The notes under the pieces: generated by a model
The model's database searches: none
What the model was told of the DNA's origin: nothing
The model's input: only the letters and a program-made list of their open reading frames with translations
Source: Clostridiales bacterium
GTDB taxonomy: Bacteria > Bacillota > Clostridia > Christensenellales > HGM11417
Length of the DNA: 64,000 nt
Assembly (NCBI GenBank): GCA_012519285.1
Contig: JAAYQN010000007.1
Span: 1,831-65,830 of the forward strand
Direction: 5' to 3'
Program-made: the position numbers and the translations under genes
In this document: positions 50,843-59,219 of the stretch, piece by piece
How the letters are laid out: every line of letters begins with the position of its first letter
Position numbering within the stretch: the first letter of the stretch is position 1

Positions 50843-51045
50843 AGCGCTCCCTTATCCTTTTTTATTATTTTATTTTTATCTATCAGTTATTACTGCCTTT
50901 TATCTATTTTAACAAGAATATCTTTCTTATCAATACTTCTTTGACTTTAATGCCTGTTCTTTTTTGTTTATTTACTGCATAGAGCTACCTGTATGGCAGA
51001 TTAATAATAATAAATACAAGCTGTGATATATATACAATTATTTGA

Positions 51046-52440
51046 TTAACTTTGATTGTTTTTTCCTTTAAATATATACTTTCTAAAAAGCAGTATGTTC
51101 ATAATCACAAAAAACAATATTACTGCATCGAATGTTATCCAAGTTTCTTTTGTTCCTAAAGGGGCATAGCCTAATAACAGCATCATAGGAAAACCAAATA
51201 ATATAGCATAAAAACTTTGAAGCACCAGATTTGAAGCCGCAGGCGTTTCGAAATTGGGGTCAATTTCTCTAAGCAAAACCATACCCGTGCTTGTTGTACC
51301 TGTCAGCATACCGTACAAAGACATAAAAGCTTGTATAGGGTATTTGGGGAACAACTTATTACATAAATAACGCAGATAATAAAATGTTGAAAATCCGCCT
51401 GCAAAGCTTAAAATGGTTAAAGGTATCCACAGCGTGCTTAACTGTTTGATATCAATAGCACATATACCCGCTATTATCATTAAATCAAACATAAAACCGC
51501 CTATTCTGTTAAGCATAAAGTTATTTATATACACCCTTTTCATAAGGCCACGCTTTTGAAGCTTTTTTAATATCAGTTTAACAATAATCGCAAACAATGT
51601 CCCGAAAACAAAGTTAAAACCCCAAATAAGCGGTTTCAGGGTTTTATAGCCAAAATCGCCAAGCACACCTAATTCTATAATATAAGTAACACCCTTCATA
51701 AACAAATAAGTCAATACATATACCAAGCAAACAAAAGCTACCTGTATGGAAAATTTATCCACAGCTTCTGTCAAGGGTATTTCGTTGGGGCTTTCAATTT
51801 CTTCTGACACATAATGTTGTGTTGCAGATTTTATATTTTGTATTTTACCCTTTTTACGCATTATGTTAAGATAAATAACGCCGCCGACGCAGGCAAAAAT
51901 AAAACCTACTGCCGCAATGGATAAACCGAATGAAGCTCCTTCAGTAAATCCATAGCCTTCATAAATATTTCCGAAATTATATGCTTGCCCCGAACCCTGT
52001 CCAAAACCTAAGGGCAAAAGCAAACCGGATGCTTTAAAAAGGTTGGGAAAAAGGGTATAAGAAAGCAGTAGTGTTAACCCCAAACCGATTACCGCCTGTA
52101 AAAGATATGTGGCTACTGTGATAATACCACTGTTAAATATATCGACATTTTGCTCTTTTGTTATTTTTTCTTTGCTTGTTTTAAGAGTAATTGAAATAAA
52201 ACCCAAAGCTAATGTATGATAAGTTATTATTTCCATTATGTCATTATTTATAAATCCGCTTTCAAAAACCCCCGCTGATTTTATTGCAAGCGCCAAAAAC
52301 CCGCCTATTACCGCAGTAGGCAGTAATGATTTTCTTAAAAACGGTATTTTGCGCCGCAATGTATTTGCCACAAGCATAATAATAAGCAAAAAGCCTATTT
52401 GCAATAAAAATTCCCATACGCTATAATCCCAAAAATTCAT
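51046..52440 (-). CDS. gltS: sodium/glutamate symporter (GltS family)-like permease
   Basis: 464-aa polytopic membrane protein. The N-terminus MNFWDYSVWEFLLQIGFLLIIMLVANTLRRKIPFLRKSLLPTAVIGG resembles Firmicute GltS proteins. The gene is AT-rich. Confidence 0.6.
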   Translation of the reverse strand: MNFWDYSVWEFLLQIGFLLIIMLVANTLRRKIPFLRKSLLPTAVIGGFLALAIKSAGVFESGFINNDIMEIITYHTLALGFISITLKTSKEKITKEQNVDIFNSGIITVATYLLQAVIGLGLTLLLSYTLFPNLFKASGLLLPLGFGQGSGQAYNFGNIYEGYGFTEGASFGLSIAAVGFIFACVGGVIYLNIMRKKGKIQNIKSATQHYVSEEIESPNEIPLTEAVDKFSIQVAFVCLVYVLTYLFMKGVTYIIELGVLGDFGYKTLKPLIWGFNFVFGTLFAIIVKLILKKLQKRGLMKRVYINNFMLNRIGGFMFDLMIIAGICAIDIKQLSTLWIPLTILSFAGGFSTFYYLRYLCNKLFPKYPIQAFMSLYGMLTGTTSTGMVLLREIDPNFETPAASNLVLQSFYAILFGFPMMLLLGYAPLGTKETWITFDAVILFFVIMNILLFRKYIFKGKNNQS

Positions 52441-53677
52441 TTTGTATTCCTTCCTGATAATTTTTAATGTGGTATATCATATTTTGATATTTCAAGGCGT
52501 TAAATGCTTTACCGCCTATTAATTGAAAAATTTCATCTTTATAATAAAATTGCAGTTTGTTTTTACCGAAAACTGTTACAGAAGTTATATCCTTAATATT
52601 AAATATTTTTGACTGGGCTGCCGTAAGCTTGTCCTTATATAATGTAATACTGCCTTTACAAATGAATATTTTTTTTACGCAGCGTTTATTTTGTCTTAAA
52701 AGTATATTTTCGTCATTAAATAATATATGGTTTTGGTTTAAGTTTTCTATATCAGTTTCAAGTATTAATTTTTTTTGGAAATCGTCCCACTCTTTAACAT
52801 TATCAAATCTACATTTTCCCTTTTTTACGGTAAGAGACAGGTCCTCCTCATATTTTACCTGTAAGCCGCATTTTTTACATATAATATAATTCTTATTGCT
52901 GTATATAGTGGAAAAATTTTTACAATCGGGGCAGGCATATAAAAATCTTTCTATATATTGGGCTTTTTTAAAAGATTTATAACGCTTTTTTAGTATTTTA
53001 TTTTCTTCAAATGCATTTATAAAAAGGTTGTCTGTAATATATTTATATATCTGTTGTTCGCTTAATTTACTATAATCTTCATAAGTTAATATTCTGTAGA
53101 CATAACCGCGCATTCTTCCTCTTCTTATGCTGCCCGCCCAGCGGGGCTGAACGCCGTAACCCCCTTCAAACCTATACAGCAGCACTGGAAGTTTTAACAA
53201 TTTTATCAGCTTTACTATTGATGGCGGTATATAGGTGGTAACTCCGTTGTATGTGCGGTTGCCTTCGGGGAAAATGCATATACTACCGCCTTCTTTTGCT
53301 ATTTTATAGCAGTCTTTTATTGTATTAATATCGCTTGCTGATTTTGTTTTTGGTATAGGCGCAACAAGGTATTTAATTATCGATGAAATATATTTAATGG
53401 AAAACAAATCGTCTGAAGCCACAAAATAAATAGGAAAATTAAATGATAAAGCTAACATAAAAGGGTCTAATGCTGTAAAATGATTTGATAAAATAAGATA
53501 AGGTTTTTTTATATTGCATCTGAATTTTTTATAAACATAACCATATTTGAAAAATAAAAAAAAAGAAAAAAAGACCCTCAGTATTGAAAATACAATCGTA
53601 TGCCTTAATTTAACCCACAAAATAATACTCCTTGGTATAAAAGAATTTATTATCGGAATACATAATAAATTAACCAA
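52421..53677 (-). CDS. lysophospholipid (PlsC-type) acyltransferase with a C-terminal zinc-ribbon-containing domain
   Basis: Acyltransferase block I NHFTALD and block III FPEGNRT sit in the N-terminal half. The C-terminal half of about 200 aa carries CPDCKN...CKKCG. The 3' end overlaps the gltS start by 20 nt. The start codon is uncertain. Confidence 0.6.
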   Translation of the reverse strand: MVNLLCIPIINSFIPRSIILWVKLRHTIVFSILRVFFSFFLFFKYGYVYKKFRCNIKKPYLILSNHFTALDPFMLALSFNFPIYFVASDDLFSIKYISSIIKYLVAPIPKTKSASDINTIKDCYKIAKEGGSICIFPEGNRTYNGVTTYIPPSIVKLIKLLKLPVLLYRFEGGYGVQPRWAGSIRRGRMRGYVYRILTYEDYSKLSEQQIYKYITDNLFINAFEENKILKKRYKSFKKAQYIERFLYACPDCKNFSTIYSNKNYIICKKCGLQVKYEEDLSLTVKKGKCRFDNVKEWDDFQKKLILETDIENLNQNHILFNDENILLRQNKRCVKKIFICKGSITLYKDKLTAAQSKIFNIKDITSVTVFGKNKLQFYYKDEIFQLIGGKAFNALKYQNMIYHIKNYQEGIQNEFLGL

Positions 53678-53817
53678 AAATAGTATAAATAGTATAATAT
53701 GAAATCATTTATTACATAAAGCTATTAAAGGATAGCACATATTTTTAAAACATTAAAGACAGATATAATGTTATTATGCTTCTTTATAAATTCTTAAATA
53801 CATTGTATATTAATTAA

Positions 53818-54009
<192 letters not shown>

Positions 54010-54249
54010 ACCTTCGCCCTCCGAATGTTGAGCGGCGGGATGCCCATCCAGAGCGCCGACGTCCACAACAACGCCGACATAAGGGTGGAGCGCGCCAAGG
54101 CGATCTACAATACCGACAAGATGACAAAGATCAGGAAGAGCCACGAAAACCCCGCCATCAAGCAGATATATGAAGAGTACTTCGGCAAGCCCAATTCCAG
54201 CAAGGCTCACCATATCCTTCATACCACTTATACCAAGAGAGGAAAATAG
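54010..54249 (+). pseudogene. C-terminal remnant of an [FeFe]-hydrogenase catalytic subunit
   Basis: ...SGGMPIQSADVHNNADIRVERAKAIYNTDKMTKIRKSHENPAIKQIYEEYFGKPNSSKAHHILHTTYTKR matches the conserved HydA C-terminal tail (GGGQP...RKSHEN...Y..YFGKP...AH.LLH..Y). The frame opens directly after the stop of the IS30-like fragment. The upstream H-cluster domain is absent. Confidence 0.6.
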
Positions 54250-54325
54250 ACCAAATTCTCCTGCCGCCCGGCAGGGGATATTGCTTGTCAGGGCATTTTA
54301 CAATGTGGCATCGCCCGCCAAATGT

Positions 54326-54355
54326 TTGACACGCGCTTTAAGACAATGTTAGAAT
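54326..54355 (+). promoter_or_regulatory. promoter of the Fur-family gene
   Basis: TTGACA (54326-54331), 18-nt spacer, TAGAAT (54350-54355). Confidence 0.6.
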
Positions 54356-54362
54356 AACATTG
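54344..54362 (+). promoter_or_regulatory. perfect 8-3-8 inverted repeat, candidate Fur-family operator
   Basis: CAATGTTA-GAA-TAACATTG overlaps the -10 hexamer of the Fur-family gene promoter. Confidence 0.55.
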
Positions 54363-54385
54363 AGTAACTAGGATAAGGTGTACGT

Positions 54386-54817
54386 ATGAAACTGAAAGAG
54401 GAGATAAAGAGCAGCGGCTTAAAGCTCACCCGCCACAGGCAGGAGATCTTCAGGCTCTTAAAGGAGAGCAGGCAGCCCGTAACCGCGGAGCAGATATACG
54501 CCACTTTGCGCGAGAGGAACATATCGATAAACCTTTCCACGGTATACAGGATACTCGACAGCTTAAGCGGCAGCGAGCTGATTTCCAAGATCAACATCGG
54601 CGAGGACAAGAAGAACCACTACGAGTACAACTGCATGGCGCACAGGCATTATTTGGTGTGCCTGTGCTGCAACAACATCTTCTCTGTCGGGGACTGCCCT
54701 TTGAGCGATTACGAGAAGCAAGTCGCAAAGCAGACAGACTTCGTCATCACCGGCCACAAGCTCAACCTCTATGGCTACTGCTCAAACTGCAAGGACAAAG
54801 CGGGGCAGTGCCATTGA
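54386..54817 (+). CDS. Fur-family metalloregulator (Fur/Zur/PerR subtype not resolved)
   Basis: LKLTRHRQEIFRLLKESRQPVTAEQIY..LSTVYRILDSL forms the winged helix. The C-terminus has HRHYLVCLCC...CSNCK CxxC pairs. 143 aa. Confidence 0.85.
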   Translation: MKLKEEIKSSGLKLTRHRQEIFRLLKESRQPVTAEQIYATLRERNISINLSTVYRILDSLSGSELISKINIGEDKKNHYEYNCMAHRHYLVCLCCNNIFSVGDCPLSDYEKQVAKQTDFVITGHKLNLYGYCSNCKDKAGQCH

Positions 54818-54948
54818 TTGACTGCGATACCGACAAAGCCACATCGAAGCTGTAAAAAAAGCAGAGGCGTTTTTTTCAGCAATTCCAAAAAAATCGGTTA
54901 TAACGGCTAAGCCATTATAACCGAATTTTTTATTGCCAAAAGCGTTTC

Positions 54949-56271
54949 TTATCTGAACTTCGGCAAAAAGTCTCCATGAGCCTCGATTAGGTCGTCGCAC
55001 AAGCTCTTTATTTCGTCAATGGACAGCTCTGCCGAGGTGTGAGGGTCGAGCATTGCCGCCATGTAGATGTATTCTTTCTTAAGGGTTGCTGCCGCCTCTA
55101 TGGTGAGCAGCTGGACGTTTATGTTAGTCCTGTTGAGGGCGGCGCACTGCTCGGGGAGGTCGCCCACAAAGCAGGGGTTTACGCCGTTTCTGTCAATCAG
55201 GCAGGGCACTTCCACGCACGCTTTGGAGGGCAGGTTGGTGATAAGATTGGTATTTAACACGTTCCCGTGCACGCGGTAAGGCTTGTCGGTAACATATGCC
55301 TTTATTATCCCCGAGGCGTACTCGTGGCTGAACTCATGCGTGAGGTTTGCGTTACTGGTCAGCCTCTCTCTCAGCTTGACCCAGTTTGCTATCTGCGCCT
55401 CGCACCTTCGAATGTACTCATCGAGGGGAATGTTGTACCTTTCTATCAGCTCGGGGTACTTGCTCTTTATAAAGTAGGGCAGGTACTCGGCGGAATGCTC
55501 GGAGGACTCCGTGACGTAGTAGCCGAAAGTGTTCATTATCTCGAGGCGCACCAGGTCATGCTTTATGCTCTCGTACAGGGCGGGGTCCTTTGACCTCCTC
55601 TTTATCTCGGGGTAAAGGTCGTTGCCGTTAAGGTCCTTTATCTCGAGCAGCCACGCCTGATGGTTAATGCCCGCTATGCGCCATTTGCACTTTTCCACGT
55701 ACTCGTCCATCTTGAGCTCGGAGAGCAAGTGGTCAGCGCACACCTGCACGCTGTGGCAAAGGCCAATCGTCTTAATCGGAGTATACCTCAGCATGTAGCC
55801 GGTGAGCATTGCCATAGGATTGGTATAATTTAAAAAGAGCACGCCGGGGCACACCTTTTCCATCACGTCGGCGAAATGCTTCATCACCGGGATGGTCCGG
55901 AGCGCCCTGAAAATTCCGCCTATTCCCAGCGTGTCCGCTATGGTCTGCCTCAGACCGTATTTCTTTGGAATTTCAAAATCAATAACCGTCGAGGGCTTGT
56001 ATCCGCCCACCTGTATGGCGTTTATAGCCACGTCGGCGCCGTCCAGCGCCTTCTCAAGCTCGGAGAGGCCGAGGTACTTCTCGATGAGCACGTCTTTTCT
56101 GCCGATGTTCCTCAGGAGGTTGGCGAGCATGTTGTGGGAATCGTCCAGCCTCTCGGCGTCAATGTCGTAGAGCGCGATTACGATCTCCTTTATCTGTTCG
56201 GTGAGCATTATGTCGCCGAGAACGTTTTTAGCGAAAACCGTGCTGCCCGCTCCAAGAAAGGTTATTTTCAT
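54949..56271 (-). CDS. melA: GH4-family alpha-galactosidase (MelA-like)
   Basis: From ATG 56271 (GGAGGA upstream). MKITFLGAGSTVFAKNVLGDIM closely resembles the MelA NAD-binding N-terminus. The GH4 motif GLCHSVQ is present. Confidence 0.82.
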   Translation of the reverse strand: MKITFLGAGSTVFAKNVLGDIMLTEQIKEIVIALYDIDAERLDDSHNMLANLLRNIGRKDVLIEKYLGLSELEKALDGADVAINAIQVGGYKPSTVIDFEIPKKYGLRQTIADTLGIGGIFRALRTIPVMKHFADVMEKVCPGVLFLNYTNPMAMLTGYMLRYTPIKTIGLCHSVQVCADHLLSELKMDEYVEKCKWRIAGINHQAWLLEIKDLNGNDLYPEIKRRSKDPALYESIKHDLVRLEIMNTFGYYVTESSEHSAEYLPYFIKSKYPELIERYNIPLDEYIRRCEAQIANWVKLRERLTSNANLTHEFSHEYASGIIKAYVTDKPYRVHGNVLNTNLITNLPSKACVEVPCLIDRNGVNPCFVGDLPEQCAALNRTNINVQLLTIEAAATLKKEYIYMAAMLDPHTSAELSIDEIKSLCDDLIEAHGDFLPKFR

Positions 56272-56436
56272 ATAAATCCTCCGCAAAAGAAAAAATCTGT
56301 TAAGTATTATAAATCGCTTTCAGGCAAAAGTATACCGGTTATGTCTCAACTTTTTGTCATTATGTTGCAGGAAACGGTTTTTTCCGCCGCAATTTTGTGA
56401 TAAAATATATAAGATGTTGTAAAAAGAGGTTTGGTT

Positions 56437-57273
56437 ATGGGATTACTGATGGACTATTACCACAGCGACGCCCTCGCCGCGGGCAGCCTGCACGTGGTGG
56501 ACTGCGGCTACCACAGGTGCGACCCTTCCCACACCTTCGGGCCGTGCGCGAGGGATTACTTCCTCATTCATTTCGTGCTGGATGGGGAAGGTGAATACCT
56601 TTACGGCGGCAGGGCATATCGCCTCGGCAAGGACATGGGGTTCGTGATTTTTCCCGATGATGTTACCACGTACAGGGCTGACGCCGAAAACCCTTGGTTC
56701 TACTATTGGGTGGGGTTTAAGGGAACCGAGGCGGAACGCCTTCTCTCAAGCTGCGGGCTGACAAAGGAGCATCCCGTCTTTGAATGCCGAGAGGGGGCGA
56801 GGGAAGCAATCATGGACATCTTTCACCGCTCCAAGGAGATGAACTGGAACGAGTACATTCTGACGGGCTGCCTCTACCTTTTCTTCGCCGCGCTGCAGCG
56901 CCAGAGCAGGACAATGAGCCTTGACGCTTCAGACCTCTACCTTGAAAAGGCAGTACGGTACATCCACGACAATTTCATGTATGACTTTAAGGTGGAGGAC
57001 ATCGCCGACCATCTCTTCATCCACAGGAGCCACCTCTACCGCATTTTCTCTTTAAAGCTAAAGCAGTCGCCGAGCGATTACATATTGAACTTTCGGCTCG
57101 AAAGGGCGGCGCGCCTTTTGCTTATAACCTGCCACAAGGTCACCGACATCGCAGGCTATTGCGGATTTAAGAACGCCTCGCAATTTTGCAAGGCGTTTAA
57201 GGCAAAGTTCGGCATCTCTCCCCTGTGCTACAGGAAGGAAAGGACCCTAAAAGATGTTCCCGAAACTGAATGA
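56437..57273 (+). CDS. AraC-family transcriptional regulator
   Basis: An N-terminal cupin-like sugar-binding domain is followed by a C-terminal double HTH (VEDIADHLFIHRSHLYRIF...VTDIAGYCGFKNASQFCKAFK). It is divergent from melA. Confidence 0.85.
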   Translation: MGLLMDYYHSDALAAGSLHVVDCGYHRCDPSHTFGPCARDYFLIHFVLDGEGEYLYGGRAYRLGKDMGFVIFPDDVTTYRADAENPWFYYWVGFKGTEAERLLSSCGLTKEHPVFECREGAREAIMDIFHRSKEMNWNEYILTGCLYLFFAALQRQSRTMSLDASDLYLEKAVRYIHDNFMYDFKVEDIADHLFIHRSHLYRIFSLKLKQSPSDYILNFRLERAARLLLITCHKVTDIAGYCGFKNASQFCKAFKAKFGISPLCYRKERTLKDVPETE

Positions 57274-57624
57274 GTAATTCTCCGGCAGCGATTTTATCAG
57301 GTCGAGGAGCTTTTTCAGTTCCGCCGAGGCGAGGATAAAGCAGTCCTCCTCTATAAATTCCTCGGCCTTTACCATCATCCCGTCGATGTCCTTTATCTCG
57401 TTGTGTGGGACGAAGGCGTGCATCACCAGCTTTTCGCCCTTCCACCACTTGAGCAGCTCGCGCAGGCTGCTGCTGTCGTCCTCTCTCTTGTCTGTTTTCT
57501 CTATTATTTTGGCGAGGTTTTCCTCAAAGTACCCGAATTTGGACTTTAAATACAGCCCCTCGAGGTAGCTCGATGCCAGAATGAGCGCCAAAACGCCCAG
57601 CAATATGATTGTCGATCTCACCAC
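57247..57624 (-). CDS. DUF4363-like small membrane-anchored protein
   Basis: About 125 aa with an N-terminal TM helix, then a helical domain with WW and HNE motifs. The GTG start overlaps the stop of the upstream DUF421 gene. This is the typical DUF421 partner in spore formers. Confidence 0.6.
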   Translation of the reverse strand: MVRSTIILLGVLALILASSYLEGLYLKSKFGYFEENLAKIIEKTDKREDDSSSLRELLKWWKGEKLVMHAFVPHNEIKDIDGMMVKAEEFIEEDCFILASAELKKLLDLIKSLPENYSFSFGNIF

Positions 57625-58319
57625 GGCCTCCTTCCGGTATAACCCGTTTCAATTACCTTGTATTTGCTGTTTTTCTTCTGAAAGTAAACCTTGCCGTTGC
57701 TGTCAATGGTGGCGACCTCTACCTCCTTTAAGCTCTTTGCGCCATTCTCTTTAAACAGCTTTTCAAAATAATCCTTATCGAGGCCCAGCTTGTTAAGTTC
57801 CCATTCCTTGTACTTGCCCTCTTCCACGATGCACACGGGGAGAGGGGTCTTCGGCGGCTTCTTCTCGCCCTCGGAGGGCTGCTTTTTGAGGAAGCTGAAC
57901 TTGCCATTTGTCTCGAGCAGCGCGTACTCTATCTCGTCGAAGTTGCAGTACCCCGCTATCCTTAAGTTTTCCTGAAGCTCGTTTAAGCTGATGTTGAGGT
58001 GCTTAAGCTCCTTGTAGTTTATCCCGTTGCTGTCGATTATGATTGAAGGCTTGCTGCTGATGAGCCTGCCGATGAACACGCAGCTCTTTTCTCCGATGGT
58101 GAGCACCTGATGCAGCACGAACAGCGTCAGTATAGCGATTATCCCAAAGCCTATGGGGGTAGAGAGGTCCGCCATGGGGATGCACGCCAGCTCGGCAATC
58201 AGCAGCGTTATCACGAACTCAAAGGGCTGCATCTCTCCGATTTGCCTCTTGCCCATAAGCCTGATGATGAGGAACAATATGGCAAAGATAATAGTCGTTC
58301 TTATAAAGATGAGCAGCAT
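57618..58319 (-). CDS. DUF421 (YetF-like) membrane protein
   Basis: MLLIFIRTTIIFAILFLIIRLMGKRQIGEMQPFEFVITLLIAE is the characteristic DUF421 N-terminus. The 20 upstream codons in the track contain a TATAAT-like element rather than coding signal. Confidence 0.75.
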   Translation of the reverse strand: MLLIFIRTTIIFAILFLIIRLMGKRQIGEMQPFEFVITLLIAELACIPMADLSTPIGFGIIAILTLFVLHQVLTIGEKSCVFIGRLISSKPSIIIDSNGINYKELKHLNISLNELQENLRIAGYCNFDEIEYALLETNGKFSFLKKQPSEGEKKPPKTPLPVCIVEEGKYKEWELNKLGLDKDYFEKLFKENGAKSLKEVEVATIDSNGKVYFQKKNSKYKVIETGYTGRRPW

Positions 58320-58519
58320 ATTCTTATTATGAATAATAGGGAAAAAATTATACCGCAAAGCTCCTCGTGCGGATGGCAAGCCGCTTTCTGTGTGATGGCG
58401 ATGGCGTCGCCGTTAAAGGGCAAGGCTTTCCCCTCTTAAGGCTTTTATACCCTGAATTCCCAACACCAAAAAACGCCCCAAAAAGGGGCGGACAAAGGCA
58501 AAGACCGTTTCAAATAAAG

Positions 58520-58552
58520 GCGAAAAAACCGCCCTCAGTGAGAGGGCGGCGG
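58520..58552 (-). terminator. rho-independent terminator after the folT-like gene
   Basis: On the minus strand, CCGCCCTCTCACTGAGGGCGG is followed by TTTTTT. Confidence 0.8.
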
Positions 58553-58553
58553 G

Positions 58554-59135
58554 TTACTTTCTCCTTATCTCGTATTTTTTGGTGTCGCTTGAGCCAGGCC
58601 TCTTCTTTTTTTCTTCCTTATAGGGCATGAATATCGTTCTGTCGAGCACTTCATACAGCCCTATGACGATCAGGGTGTTTAAGGCAAGCATGGTTGCCTG
58701 GGGAATCCTCACGGACAGCGCTATCATGTACGAGGAGTATAAAGACAGGGGAGGAAGCACTAACGCCACGGTGTTTATCCCGTAGGTCACTACAATCAGC
58801 ACCATAAAGGCGCCGAAAACTATCTTCATGTATACGTTGTTGATGTAGGCGTACCGGAAAGCTATGCCCATGAGGGCGCCTATTAGGGTGTTTCCCAGCG
58901 TGATCAGCGGGCTTATGGCCTTTCCCTGGATGAGAGTGCCGATGAGGTCGCCCACAAGCCCCACAAGCCCCCCGTACATCGGGCCGAGGAAGATGCCCGC
59001 GAGGAAGTTGGGGGTATAGGAGAAGCTGATCTCGAGCCCGGGCAGCGCCGTGAACTTGAATACCTTGACCACCACGCATATTGCTGCGAGCACGGCGGAA
59101 AATGCTATCTTTTGCGAAACCGTTAGCTTATACAT
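58554..59135 (-). CDS. ECF transporter S component, folate (FolT)-like
   Basis: From ATG 59135 (GGAGGAAG upstream). It is a 193-aa, 5-6-TM protein. The region ISFSYTPNFLAGIFLGPMYGGLVGLVGDLIG resembles FolT-family S components. Confidence 0.6.
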   Translation of the reverse strand: MYKLTVSQKIAFSAVLAAICVVVKVFKFTALPGLEISFSYTPNFLAGIFLGPMYGGLVGLVGDLIGTLIQGKAISPLITLGNTLIGALMGIAFRYAYINNVYMKIVFGAFMVLIVVTYGINTVALVLPPLSLYSSYMIALSVRIPQATMLALNTLIVIGLYEVLDRTIFMPYKEEKKKRPGSSDTKKYEIRRK

Positions 59136-59219
59136 TCTCTTCCTCCATCGTTTGCCTGGCGCGGCGTGCCCCCTTTTTGCCCTTTTTTGCAAAAGTCCCG
59201 GGACGCCTCGCCTTTGTCC

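Noticed and set aside
50983-50996. 14-nt repeat AGCTACCTGTATGG, also present at 51736-51749
   Set aside because: A single 14-mer coincidence is expected by chance in 64 kb. There is no flanking similarity or inverted-repeat structure.
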